This document shows, piece after piece, positions 24,638 through 37,624 of a stretch of DNA of 64,000 bases (position 1 is its first letter; each line of letters opens with the position of its first letter). The position numbers and the translations under genes are program-made. The stretch is from Octopus bimaculoides (lineage: Eukaryota), in the NCBI RefSeq assembly GCF_001194135.2, contig NC_068995.1:53518346-53582345 (forward strand). The letters are read 5' to 3'. The notes beneath the pieces are model-generated. The model was not told the DNA's origin, did not search any database, and saw nothing but the letters and a program-made list of their open reading frames with translations.

Positions 24638-25163
24638 TCCTATTAATTTTTATTACTGGGCTCTCAGCCTCAGTTACTGAAATCAACCCCACAGTTCACT
24701 AGGGATAAAGCGAATGGTCAGTTAGGTGACTCTCACCTCATATGGTGTTCTCGTGATCTAAAAAGGACCTGCAGCCAATGGTGGCCTCAAGGAAGGGGTT
24801 ACTCAGAACAGGAATGACTTCATTTTAAGGGACGGGAAACTTCATTTTCTTGTCTTGTTTTATGTTGTAGTTTCAGGTTCAAGGAAATGACCTGAATACT
24901 ATAACTTGAAATACATGGAGTAAATTGTTGCTTGGCAAATGTATATGAAAGAACACACATTTAAGGTATATTATTACTTACCCCATCCTCAGAAGGAAAT
25001 AAAATTTTAGCAGTCGAAGGTCCTCAATTTATATAAATGCAAAACTCGATCACGAGAGAGAGAGTAAGAGAGAGAGATAAAGAAAGAGAGAGAGAAAGCG
25101 GAAAATGTATAGACGAACGAGACTGGAGAATAGCAATATAACGGTCAGTCTCTCAAAAGGCAT

Positions 25164-25205
<42 letters not shown>

Positions 25206-25673
25206 CACACATATATATATATAATAGCTTGTAGTTANNNNNNNNNNNNNNNNNNNNNNNNNNNNNNNNNNNNNNNNNNNNNNNNNNNNNNNNNNNNNNN
25301 NNNNNNNNNNNNNNNNNNNNNNNNNNNNNNNNNNNNNNNNNNNNNNNNNNNNNNNNNNNNNNNNNNNNNNNNNNNNNNNNNNNNNNNNNNNNNNNATATA
25401 TATATATATACATATGCATACGCATATATATTATACATTGCTAGATAGACGTGTGTGCATGTGTGTGATTGTACAAATATGTATTTAATTTATACACTCA
25501 CACACGCATGTAAACACATAAGCGCAAATATACAACACAAGATAAGTAGTATCTAGTCTATGTACGCATTTAGTTCTTTTGTACTTTGATCATAGTGTTC
25601 TCACGATGGTAAACCCACTCGCAAACGCACCACTATAACACGTCGTGTGTCTCTTGAGTACATTCAGTAGTAC

Positions 25674-26470
25674 ATGAAAGATAGTTTGGACATGAAAAAA
25701 GCAAACCTCTCTTTGTCACCGAACAAGATCTACTTAAAACGGCTCATCAGTAATCTGAGAGCAGTCATTAAAAGAATGAGGTGGAAAGCATACTTTTACG
25801 AGAACAACCTCGTAACCCCAATAAATGACACATTCGCAATAAAAACCCGAAACGGTTTACTACGATCAAATGACTGGAAAGTGATAAATACAATAACGCC
25901 TTCCAGTATGAATTAAAACCTGACATAACGACCAGTAAAACTCCAACAGAATCTACACATTATTCAGAAAAGACAAAGACCTGTAAAATTTAGACAAGGA
26001 TACATACGTTAACCCCTTAATAAAGAATACCATACAAACATTCAGCAAATATCTATGTGAACATTAAACACCAAGAAGAAACAATAGCTAAAACACGTAA
26101 AGTAGATATGACAGTGGGAAAGTGAGGAGTTTTGACAAACGAGAATCATATACAACACTCTAAGATCCCTAAGAGAATGTGAATGCAAACCCTAAATGCA
26201 CGCTTATAAATCCTGAGATGTCGAAAGTTAATAAATACATCCTTAATTCTATTAATGATAATTTGGAAATGCCACACGATTAAGAAGATTTGCTAACACC
26301 AGTGCAATACTTACCTGGCTTAGCAACATTAGCGATGAAAAAAAAAAATGCAAATTCACACAGTTCAATGTTATCGAATTCTACTAATCAATTTTGAGGC
26401 CTCTAGTAAACAAAACCTTGGCAGTTTAAATGACGTCTTCAATTATCAATAACATGGAAGTCGATATAAT
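25674..26470 (+). pseudogene. Penelope-like element ORF: N-terminus plus RT fingers/palm start, degenerate
   Basis: KIYLKRLISNLRAVIKRMRWKAYFY.. ; KRESYTTL*DP*ENVNANPKCTLINPEMSKVNKYILNSINDNL ; ILTWLSNISDEKKKCKFTQFNVIEFY*SI (PLE F.QFD..EFYPSI motif). Confidence 0.8.
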
Positions 26471-26507
26471 AACATGGATATCGATATAATAACATGGATG
26501 TTGATAT
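26448..26507 (+). repeat. 3 x 20-bp tandem repeat (AATAACATGGAWRTYGATAT) at the PLE truncation point
   Basis: Units start at 26448, 26468 and 26488. Confidence 0.85.
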
Positions 26508-26692
26508 AATCACGTAAGCCACTTTGATATAATCATGCATGGGCTACTCTGATGGAGCAGAATACTGCGATTTATTTGGATAATTTAAGCAGAAAACCAA
26601 ATGTAACACCTGAGAATTTAGTTTACTTATTTTTAAAAACAGTATATATTCTTATATGTGTATATATATGTATACACACATACACATACATA

Positions 26693-26748
<56 letters not shown>

Positions 26749-26796
26749 ACACATACATACACACACACACATATATATATAAATATATATATATAA

Positions 26797-26950
26797 GGGC
26801 ACTCGTCAATATTGCTTCGATCTCAGCACCTGACTGCTATATTATTTTATCAGCCCTGAAAACATGAACGGCAAAGTTGACCTGTGCGGTATTTGAACTT
26901 GGAACGTAAACGCTGCAGAGGATTTTGTCCGATGCTCTAACGATTCTGCT
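26797..26950 (-). mobile_element. SINE family A (old copy)
   Basis: TTTTATCAGCCCTGAAAACATGAACGGCAAAGTTGACC..ATTTGAACTTGGAACGTAAA..CTAACGATTCTGC. Confidence 0.65.
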
Positions 26951-27299
26951 ATAAACAAATCTTCCTGATTGATAGGGGGAAGGGTGCTGGTAGGTCTTTT
27001 TTCACTGATAAGTTACTAAGATCTTGAAAGCTTATTTTAAACATGGCGACATAAAAATCTTGTTCAATAGTACCAAGATTCGGCATCAATACTTATTAAT
27101 AAAATTGTCTTACTACAACGCCAAGACACAAAAGCTATATATATATTAAAATTGTCTGCTACGACACCTTCCGAAAACGTGAATATCACACAATTAAATT
27201 ACTATGTAAACCAATGACACAGAAGCTGTGTGAGGCTGTGTGCACTTGAAAGTATTTGATGGACGAATAACGGAATGAAAGATTGAATAGCTTGCTTCA

Positions 27300-27680
27300 A
27301 TTTTGTTGGCAACTGTCTTTATCATATTTGACAATCGGTTTGGAACGTATAAGTACCAGTTATTTTGAGACGTATTATATAGCTCACAAAAATTGACATA
27401 TCCCCAGTACTAATAAGAATAATTACATTTTGTATTTCATTTTGGATTCCTAGTCATTCTTTGGCTGGTATAGAAAACGTTGTAAAAGAATTGATTTACC
27501 ATTTTTTTTGTTTTGTTTTGGAGTGTGTCCAATCTTTGATACAGATGTTTCTTAAGTTTGGAGACAGGATGTTATATGGAACTGCACTCATGTGAAGAAT
27601 TTGTTTCTTCCAATTCTTTCGTTTCAGCTGCTTATATGGTTATCAAACAATATTTTGACACTTGTTTTGAATATTAACTA
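27300..27680 (-). pseudogene. Possible very degenerate PLE RT fragment
   Basis: Scattered minus-strand pieces KQVSKYCL, GKSILL and GICQF in the expected PLE RT order (GKVSK.IL, RKSIL, AEICE); many frameshifts. Confidence 0.35.
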
Positions 27681-28824
27681 GGAGGCTGTTACATCTTTTT
27701 ATATCTAATATAATATTACAGAATACAGAGACATAAGTTTAACGAATATCAGTCGCCCAGTTACCTTTTTATCAGTGAATCGCGTACACACTTTTGGAGG
27801 AATAGATTTTATGTCGTAACATTATCAGATGTTTGTTACATTTTCCAGAGGCTAAACGACACAGAATCTTCTAATTGCCTCCGTGCAGTCCTTTCATATT
27901 AATGAAAAGCTTGTGTACCAGTGATGTAAAAAATGACGGTAATTTTAATCTGGTTCTTTATAATTGTATATATCAACATTTTAACACAGATGTTTTTCTC
28001 TATTTTTCAGCAAACACGATATTAAAACGTTTACAATGATACGAAAAGATTGAAAGAAATAATTTTAATTTAATATTTTATTTTTCATAATATAAAACTA
28101 TAATATCACGAAGAAAGAAAATATCTTACGTAAAAAGTTCAGAAATTGCTGGAAGATTTATTTCATTTTAAAATTAACAGAAACATACTATTGATTATGT
28201 AAAAGTCGAACAACAGCGAAATCAGCGATTTTATGAAAGCGTAGAGATACATACATACACAAATGTACACACATACATATATCCACACACACACATAAAC
28301 ATGCTTATATATATATCTATATATATATGTGTTTGTGTGTGTGTATGTGTGTGTGTGTGTTTGTTTAAAACAAAACTGAATGCTTTAAACATTTAAAATT
28401 GTTGCTGAATACAAAAAAAAAAAAAATGGAATGGTTTGTAGAAAATAATTTAGAAACACATGCTTTTACCAATAATAAGGCAAGTGAACCCTAAACAAAA
28501 CAATAATTAAACAACTAAAAAGAAAAAGATCCCAACTATTTCGAAATCATTCTCTGTCAACGAATGTTCATTTTAAAACCATTTTTTCACTTTTACATCA
28601 AAATTAACTTTATTTTCCGAGTGTAAATATTCTAAACGCCTAAACATAGACACTTCTAGGCAAATGAAATGCTTTTATTCCTTTTGACGTTCTGCACACA
28701 AACGTCATCCAGACGTAACATTTACATCACATGTATGGCCTCCTTGCACAGAGATTGAAAATATCTTTTAATGAGAACATTTCAAACTCACCTTGATTAA
28801 CAACACACACACAAACACACACAC

Positions 28825-28863
<39 letters not shown>

Positions 28864-28889
28864 TTCATTTCCCTCTGCAAGGGAGCTCA

Positions 28890-29280
28890 TTCATTCTTCC
28901 TCTGTTCTAGGCGGACTTTGATATGCAGTCACAGTCTTGAAATTTGCCAGTCCACACGACTCCATAAGGAGCACAGGACCGGATTCCCGGATTCCCGGTT
29001 TCCCGGTTTCCCGGTTTCCCGGTTTCCCGGATTCCCGGTTTCCCGGTTTCCCGGATTCCCGGTTTCCCGGTTTTCAGGTTTTCCTGGCGTATATATTCCT
29101 CCCTGGACAGGACGTCAGTCCGTAGCAGGATTACCCATGTTTTCCAACTGATTGGACTGGAGTAATGTGAAATGAAGTGTTTTGCTCAAGAACACAAAGC
29201 ATTGCCCAGCCCAGGAATTGAAACCACAATCGTACAATCCCGAGTCCAACAGCCTAACCACTAAGCTATGTGCCTGAACT
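28890..29280 (-). mobile_element. SINE family D with V-domain-like centre and an expanded internal 8-mer
   Basis: tRNA-like head at about 29215-29280; centre (minus strand) CCTGCTACGGACTGACGTCCTGTCCAGGGAGG; related plus-strand copy at 45170-45420. Confidence 0.75.
28979..29074 (+). repeat. Minisatellite (CCGGWTTC) x12
   Basis: Twelve consecutive 8-bp units counted (the last is CCGGTTTT), followed by a degenerate CAGGTTTT. Confidence 0.95.
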
Positions 29281-29974
29281 ATTCTTCAAAATGCTACGTC
29301 TTTATAATTGCTTATAATCTCTCATTGCGGAATTACACATAAAGCATTGCCAAAATCCTTTCTGAAAGATTATGTGTTGCAGAACGAGAAAATGTTTTAG
29401 CACTGATGAGCTATTGTCTTTATACCAAACTTAGATAAAACTTAACCTGTAACATCGCTCACTTTGCTGGGTTGGTGCAGTTGTGGCACACGAATATCCT
29501 AGATCTTATATAAATAAAGGCCATCCGCTTAAAATACTAATGGAACAAAATGCAAATAACAGATATTAACAATGAAAATATACCTGTATATACGAATGAA
29601 ATACTGTACTTTCTGAGTGTACTCGGTTATGTGTTGTTTGTTCGATGAACAATAACAACCAGACTAATAACAGCAACAACAACAACAACAACAGCAATAA
29701 TAATAATAGTAACAATAAGCACTCGTTCAGATACAGACCGAACTAATTGGTTGACTTGCTAATTTGGTTCTTAAATAATTCATTATACCTGCTAATTACC
29801 AGGTTACCAATAACACATTTAATTTTCAGTTTGTCTTTATGAGTTTTTTCCTAAATCTGTTAAATTAGATTTAACAAAAAAAAACCCAAAAATAATAATA
29901 ATAATAAAAAAATAAAAAATAAAAATATAAAGCAAAGAGAAAATAAAAACAATAAAATGTCTTTCAAAACTTGC

Positions 29975-30107
29975 AGGGTTAACCAAATTCTCTTACAAGA
30001 CATTGGTCGGTCCAGGTTTAAAAGACACTTGCCCAAGATGCCGTGTAGTGGAATTGAACCCAACGCCACATTGTTGCATAGCTAGCTTCTTGACTACACA
30101 GCCTGCG
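29975..30107 (-). mobile_element. SINE family B
   Basis: AAGACACTTGCCCAAGATGCCGTGTAGTGGAATTGAACCC..AGCTTCTTGACTACACAGCC. Confidence 0.75.
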
Positions 30108-30244
30108 TTTTGCAATGCTTCCAGCAAACCTTAAAAAGTATGAAGCAAATAACACATATTTTCTCTTTATAAATTGGTTTTCGGATGTAAAATTATTTCA
30201 CTGTGTAGGCACAGTAATGGTGAATGTGCCAGAAGTTAGCATCG

Positions 30245-30480
30245 TAATAATCATTTCTTTATTGTCCACAAGGGGATAAACATAGAGGGGACAAACAAAG
30301 ACAGACGAAGGGATAAAGTTGATTACATCGACTCGAGTGCGTAACTGTTGCTTATTTAATCGACCCCTAAAGGATGAAAAGTAAAGCCGACCTCAGCGGA
30401 ATTTGAACTCAGAACGTAACGGCAGACGAAACACCGCTAAGCATTTCGCCCGGCGTGCTAACGATTCTGCCAGCTCGCCG
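30245..30480 (-). mobile_element. SINE family A
   Basis: GGATGAAAAGTAAAGCCGACCTCAGCGGAATTTGAACTCAGAACG..GTGCTAACGATTCTGCCAGCTCGCCG. Confidence 0.85.
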
Positions 30481-30640
30481 GGCTTCTTTCAGTTTCCGTC
30501 TCCCAAATCCACTTCCAAGGCTTTGGTTGGCCCGAAGCTATAATAGAAGACATTTGCCCAAGGTGCCACGCAGTGGGATTGAACCCGGAACCATGTGGTT
30601 AGGAAGTAAGCTTCTTACCACACAGCCACGCATGCGCCTA
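30481..30640 (-). mobile_element. SINE family B, full length
   Basis: GGCTTCTTTCAGTTTCCGTC..TTGCCCAAGGTGCCACGCAGTGGGATTGAACCCGGAACC..CTTACCACACAGCCACG. On the minus strand the centre CCTTGGGCAA resembles the CORE-SINE core. Confidence 0.88.
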
Positions 30641-30981
30641 TGAACCTGAAATAAAATTCGATAATGTAGCCATTGATACACAATGTATAAAAATAATTGC
30701 GTTGTTCATAGTTGGAAAAGATTTTCTTTTGAGTCTGATCAGTGATACCGCCCCTCACCGCTTCGTTAGTAGATTCCTTTCAGGAACACTCGTTATACAC
30801 TCGGAGACCCCAAAGGTGTAAGCTACTGCACGGGCAGACCTATGAAATATGAATATCTCATTTCATATGACAAAGAAGAGAAATACGACTCTATAAAAGC
30901 TTGAATGTATTAATATCCAACGGAAAGAAAGTCTCAGTAGTAATGCAAGGGACACGTGTTTCGTGCATGGCGAAAACGAAG

Positions 30982-31019
<38 letters not shown>

Positions 31020-31557
31020 CACACACTCACACACACAAAATACACAAACGTATATATGTGTATACGTGTGTATGTGTGNNNNNNNNNNTATAATACACAC
31101 ACTCACACACACAAAATACACAAACGTATATATGTGTATACGTGTGTATGTGTGTGTGTGTATCTATGCATGCGCATATGTATGTGCTTATGGGATATAT
31201 ATTCGCACATATACATACATACATATATACATACACACGCACACACACACACACACGCACACACACACACACACACATATACAGACAATATAATCCACAT
31301 ACAAACATAGCTATGCGCACACACGTACACGCATACACTTCCTTCCATTGTGTCACTAACACACACATACACCCATATATGACTGTATATAGAAATATAT
31401 ACAATATTTATTCGTGTGTTCATATTTGGATATTTGATGACCACCAACTAATAAAAAAATACTGACTTGTGGTTCTAAACATAAAATTTCAATAAATTTC
31501 AATAAATCACACAAACGTATTTTCAACACGATACGGTTAAAAGCTGATACACATTCC

Positions 31558-31590
<33 letters not shown>

Positions 31591-31833
31591 TGTATGCATG
31601 TATGTATGTATGTATGCATGTATGTATGTATGTATGTATGTATGTATGTGTGTATGTATGTGTGTATGTAGGTGTGTATGTAAGCATGTATATACATACT
31701 TTTATATACATATATCTATATATATAGTTACACATATATACACACACACAAGCACACACACGCATATACACACATATGAACATTCACACACATGTGGCTA
31801 CATATGTAAGCAAAACACACGGGCATGTACATG

Positions 31834-31865
<32 letters not shown>

Positions 31866-34673
31866 CTGATATTGTGAGATATATTGATGTATAAATCAAT
31901 ATGTGAAAGTTTCTGTTTATCTCTCATTCTTTATCTTTATACATACGTATGACCGCGTGTGTATGTAAGAATATATGTGTATATATAAAACATACACAAA
32001 AAGCTATGCATACACAGACACACAAACACAGAGAGAGAGAAAGAGAGAGATATCCACACGCTAAACGTAGACTGGCAATATCCATCGTGTGTATGTGTGT
32101 GTATGTGTACGTGCGTGCATATTTGTGTGTTGTGTAACTATATGGACATAAGCATCTATAACATTGCCTCTCTGTATGCGTGTACCTCTCTCTCTCTCCA
32201 TCTCTTTATGCGTCTATTTATGTATGTATATACGTATGCACGTATGCACGTATGTATGTATGTATGTATGTATGTATGCGTGTATGTATGCGTATGTGTG
32301 TTTGTGCGTGTGTTTTAATATACGTACCTCCTATATACATATTCATCAGTTGAATTTTCCAAAAATTTAGTTATTGTTTTAGGTTGTCTCTCGTTTAGTA
32401 GAAACAGAAGTATTGTTATTAAAGTTTTATATAGACAGGAGACAATTACAACAGACGAATTCACATAAATCAACATCAACAAAACAACACCAACAGTAAC
32501 GACAACAACAACAACAATATTCGATACACAACAAAAACAGTAGCAAATGCACATTGGCTCGAAGCTTCTATCTCCTTCAAACTCCTTCGAGAATCTTTTG
32601 TAGATAATTGAAATTTTGATTCTATAAAATTTCTCGCATCCCATTACTAGATGCTGCGTTCCTGGTGATGCTGAAATATTCTGAATTATGTTTAATATAA
32701 ATATATATACACACACACAATATATATATATTGTTATGGTATATTCTGTTAAGAACATAGTATAAAGCTCGTCCACCTTCAGATTTCACCCTGTGTTATC
32801 CAGTAGTAATATTATACTTACTTCCAGGTTTGCATTTGGGATTCTGTCGTGTGTGAATGGATAATTGAAAAAAATTGGAGTCAACAAGAAGGAGTACGGC
32901 TGGAAATTTATTTTCAATCACTACAATTGTTTCCACGCCACGTATTTCTTCAGGCATGCAGCTACTTGATTATGTAACCGTTTCCCTGCATTATGACACA
33001 CACAGACACAGACACACACAGACACACACAAACACACATACAGACACAGACACAGACACACACACACACATTTAAGGAGGATAGAGAATTCAATGCACGT
33101 ATTAGATTTGTATAGTTAGAAGCAGCTGACGATTCGCTTCATCATTATTTAGAACTTCACGTAACTTATCTTTCAGGCTACAATATGAAAGTAAAATTAA
33201 CATCATCGATCGGATTCGATCTCAGAGAACAGAAATTCATAACAAATACCATAAGTATTCACTCCAGCACTCCAACGATTCTGTAAAGTCGTCACTTATT
33301 TTGATAGATATTAATATAAGATGTGAGATTTCGTGAGATTTTTATGAGTGTATATATTTTACATACTGACTTATATATGTTTGAGTTTTATGTTGGCCGT
33401 CGAACTTTATAACACATCTATCCATTCTCGTTTAGAATAGTTTTTCAACAGCAATAAAACTAATTTCTCCATCTACTTCATGAACACATATATAATGTCT
33501 ACGTATCACATTACCTCGTCCTGCTTATTGTTCAATAGTGAAGTACTCCATTTTCGATTTAAAACATATAGAATTTGTTGAATGTTTCAGGAGGTAGGAA
33601 TGCATAGATACACCGTCACCAAGAATATTGCTTCTAGCTGCTATTTGATAATGTAATTCCAAAGTACATTCCTTTAATGGATTCTCTTGAGTTTTGTATA
33701 AAACAGATTGGAATAATAACGATGGATTGTTGTACATGTGTTTAAAAATGACGATAACATTTAATGTGCGGTCCAACGAGGCAATTGCGAAGAGTATTTC
33801 AGCATGAATGTTATCAGGTTTTCGTTGAATACTTCATGGGATTGTATGCAAAAGCTTATATTCGTACGACTGCCTATTTGGATGTGGTAAATGCATCGAC
33901 GATTACCACCGTCAGATAATTGGTTACTGAAGATAATAAAAAATGGTTTTTAACGCCTCACGATTATACGTAAGGATGTAGTTAATAGTGGTTTCAAATT
34001 TTGACGCAAGGCTAACAAATTGGCTTCCTGCCAATGAGTGATCCCTCGACGTGGCCACTCGGCTTACTAGAAATAATAACCAAATCTCCTTGAAATAATA
34101 CATTATTCCTCACAAATACGGTATGATCACGGGTGAATCAAATAAATCATAGCTCTACTGGATATGGATAAGGGATGATATGGAAGTACAGAACGAGCTA
34201 TAATAAAACAAGTTTTTTCTCGCCATTGATAGTGATCGTGATGGTTAAATGAAAACCAGCAATATAATGGAGTCTATTTGATTGACTATAAGCATTATTC
34301 TACATAAGAGATTTAGGCATAACGAGAAAAATATTAATATTGCAAAATATAAGTTTGCATAAAGCCTAAGCAATTTATGGAAAACGCTTGGGATTTCAAA
34401 TGTAAATAAAGGGAGATAAATTGCCACTATTTCATTATTGAAATGCCATGGGAATTCGTTACTGACTTTATACATGTCAGCTCCTGCCATACGTTCGGCG
34501 TCTGTAGACTTTGAAATTACAAACAAGTGTTAAGTAGAGTTGTCTGCTGTATTGTTTCTGCAATATATTGTGATAGATTAGTTAAGAGGATGAGTACACA
34601 CACACACACACACACATACACACGTATACGTAATTATGTGCGCGTGTGTAGCGTATTTGTGTATGTGTGTGTG

Positions 34674-34718
<45 letters not shown>

Positions 34719-35114
34719 GTATGTGTGTATGTATGTATGCATGTATGTATATATACATGCATAAGAACAGTTGTAGCTTAGGATTTAAATGGTTATTGAG
34801 TTAGAATATATGGACAAAGTGTTTTTAATAAAATTAGTCATACGTACGAATTATCATTGGAGACTGCAGCTTACTGAAATAGGAAACAAGTCTAAGTTGT
34901 TTTGTGTCTGTCTGTTTGTATGTATGTATGTACGTACGTATATATGTATGTATGTATGTATGTATGAATGTATGTATGTATGTATGCATCTATCTATCTA
35001 TCTACACACATAATTGTACTCTCTGATACATACATACATGCATGCACCCACACACATAATACATACGTGTATATATACGCATATATATATACATATATAG
35101 ATAAATATATGCAT

Positions 35115-35157
<43 letters not shown>

Positions 35158-35500
35158 NNNNNNNNNNNNNNNNNNNNNNNNNNNNNNNNNNNNNNNNNNN
35201 NNNNNNNNNNNNNNNNNNNNNNNNNNNNNNNNNNNNNNNNNNNNNNNNNNNNNNNATATATATATGTAAGCATATATATACGTACACAGACCCCCCCACA
35301 CACATATATACATGCGAATTTTAGGTTCGCTAAAATATGTTTGCGACATCTTTCAACTGCTGAAGGCAAATTCACTGCAGTTACTGTGGAGAAAAAATTC
35401 CCTCTTATGTTAACAAAAAAGGGTGTAAAAACAGCATATCTGTCCAGTGCTGCCACCTGTCGGATTCCCAGACATCGATGTCTCTTGCTTAGAGAGGAAT

Positions 35501-35660
35501 ATGGCTGTGTGATTAAGAAGCTCGTTTTGCAACTACGTGGTTCCGGGTTCACTCTCACTGCGTGGCACCTTGGCCAAGTGTCTTCCACTAAATTGTAGCT
35601 CCAGGCCGACCAATGCCTTGTTAGTGAATTAGGGAGAGGGAAACTGTGGAGAAGCTCGTC

Positions 35661-35665
<5 letters not shown>
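35501..35665 (+). mobile_element. SINE family B, full length, ending in (TA)n
   Basis: ATGGCTGTGTGATTAAGAAGCTC..GGTTCCGGGTTCA..GGCACCTTGGCCAAGTGTCTTC..AAGCTCGTCGTATATA. Confidence 0.85.
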
Positions 35666-35707
<42 letters not shown>

Positions 35708-35711
35708 TATA

Positions 35712-35997
35712 AGGGACTCTCCCGTCATTAGACGACGTATGAGGGTATGACAATTTCTTACCGAACAACCACACACATGATTTGTTTATAGTGATCAAAT
35801 GTTTGTGTAGATATAGGCTTACTCCCTCCATCAAATCAACATTACCTGTACAGGTGCAACGGGTGCCATATGTCAGATGACGAAATGATCGCAGAGCAAC
35901 GTGAAACGAAGTGCTTTTCTTAAGAACGCAACGCCCGGTCTGGGAATCGAACCCACGATCTCGCAATCGTGAGTGCAACACCTTAACCACTGAGCCA
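35712..35997 (-). mobile_element. SINE family E (D-type head, different body)
   Basis: Head GGGAATCGAACCCACGATC..CACCTTAACCACTGAGCC; body GGTGCAACGGGTGCCATATGTCAGATGACGAAATGATCGCAGAGCAAC. Confidence 0.7.
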
Positions 35998-37624
35998 ATA
36001 TATATATTCATGTACAAATATGTATATAAACTTATATATAATTTTATGTTTGTGTGTCTGTTTGACTGTGTTCGTAATCTCTTCTGCTTCACAACCAGTG
36101 TGGTTTTCCTTTCAAGTCCTGGTAGGTTACCAGTCCGGCAAATGCTACCGGTAACATAACTACACGCTTTAAAAACCATAAGGCAATTTGTTCAATTAAA
36201 ACTCTTCCAAGGCGTACCCTAGGGTGGCGCAGGGTGTGATCTCACCGAGATGGGCTGCAGAACATTTGAAGGCCTGTTCATGTGCAGAGCTTAGGCGGAA
36301 AGGCATGAGGTTGGCTGCAGACGTGTATATATAAGGATTTTTTGTATTAATGCAAACATAAATTATATTTATATGCTTTAAGTTACGAAACAATTTATCA
36401 TGATGTTTTTTGAATTTTATTTTCCTATAGTTAAATAAATATTAGCATNNNNNNNNNNNNNNNNNNNNNNNNNNNNNNNNNNNNNNNNNNNNNNNNNNNN
36501 NNNNNNNNNNNNNNNNNNNNNNNNNNNNNNNNNNNNNNNNNNNNNNNNATATATGTGTGTCTGTGTGTGTGTGTGTGTGTGTGTGCGAAAATGTTGGATT
36601 CAGAAATTCAAGCGGCATTCAATGTAACTCTCTATGCATACACATATGGTGTGAAGGGCTTAAGCAAGTGTTATGAAAGATGAGAGGTTGTCAGCGTTTG
36701 TATCTACATTGAATAATTTAATTGACGATGCTCTCACGTGGGTCCATTATAGTACAAAGTAGTTATTTACCCGGCAGAGAAGGGAATTGGAACATACGAA
36801 CGGAAGTGGAACAAAGAAAAGGTGTACGGGTGAACTGTAGTTAGGTAACTGGAAAGGGAATATGAGAAAGTTCTGGAAAAGGCGTATTAGAATTATGTGA
36901 TGGTTTAATACTCAAAGGATGTATACTAAAAACTCTCAGAACAGGTTGCTGAAGCAGAAGAGATAAGATTAAAGGGAAGGTTTACCCTGTGATCATTGGA
37001 AACATCAAACTATGTTTTGCTGGCGTATTTTCTAAAATATGCCAATAGCTATTCTGAACAACATTGTTAAATAGCACAGATTATCGTCTTAGAACTGTAA
37101 TAATTTTACTCACAATTCTGAAGGGTTGGAAGTTTATAATTAATACTACGAAATGTTAATATGGTCAAACAGTTTTAATCTGAGCAATATGGACAAATCG
37201 TACATCATAGTAAATTATATAAATGGATATGTGAAAGGAAAGGCTACAATTCTGCAAAATGAAAGGTAGCCGAAGATGTAGAGATTAAAAGACAGGTCTT
37301 CACAAATATAAAGAAAACGATTGCATATTTACATAATTGCATATATAATGAGTGAGCTCTTTTTGTTGCGCGGAAGAGGATCAGAGAAATATACCCTACG
37401 TTAAAAAGAATATTTCTCGATTAACAAAACAAGTCATGGGAAATTTCTCGTGGTAAGAATTAAGGACGTGATGATGGGTTTGCTTTGATATGGTATCTCA
37501 TTAAAACACTGAAAATGCTTGGTGTCCCCAAATATGAAGTCCCGCTGATGACATCATCTATATAAAAGTGAAATACTCGGCAATCATAGTGGATCTGTAA
37601 TTATTGAAAGCAATATGTTCGCGA

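Noticed and set aside
28979-29074. Regular repeat considered as a CRISPR array
   Set aside because: No spacers, 8-bp unit, eukaryotic context and no cas genes.
29400-29435. CTGATGAGCTAT..ATACCAAAC, a possible decayed hammerhead
   Set aside because: GAAA is missing and stems I and III are unsupported.
31000-31150. Direct duplication on either side of a 10-N gap
   Set aside because: Typical unmerged contig overlap.
33525-33840. Minus ORF containing ILFAIASLDR, suggestive of a GPCR TM3/DRY motif
   Set aside because: No other TM helices, an upstream stop, and no splice support.
34420-34475. Tc1/mariner-like terminal sequence TTTCATTATTGAAATGCCATGGGAATT..TATA
   Set aside because: No matching opposite end or transposase remnant found.
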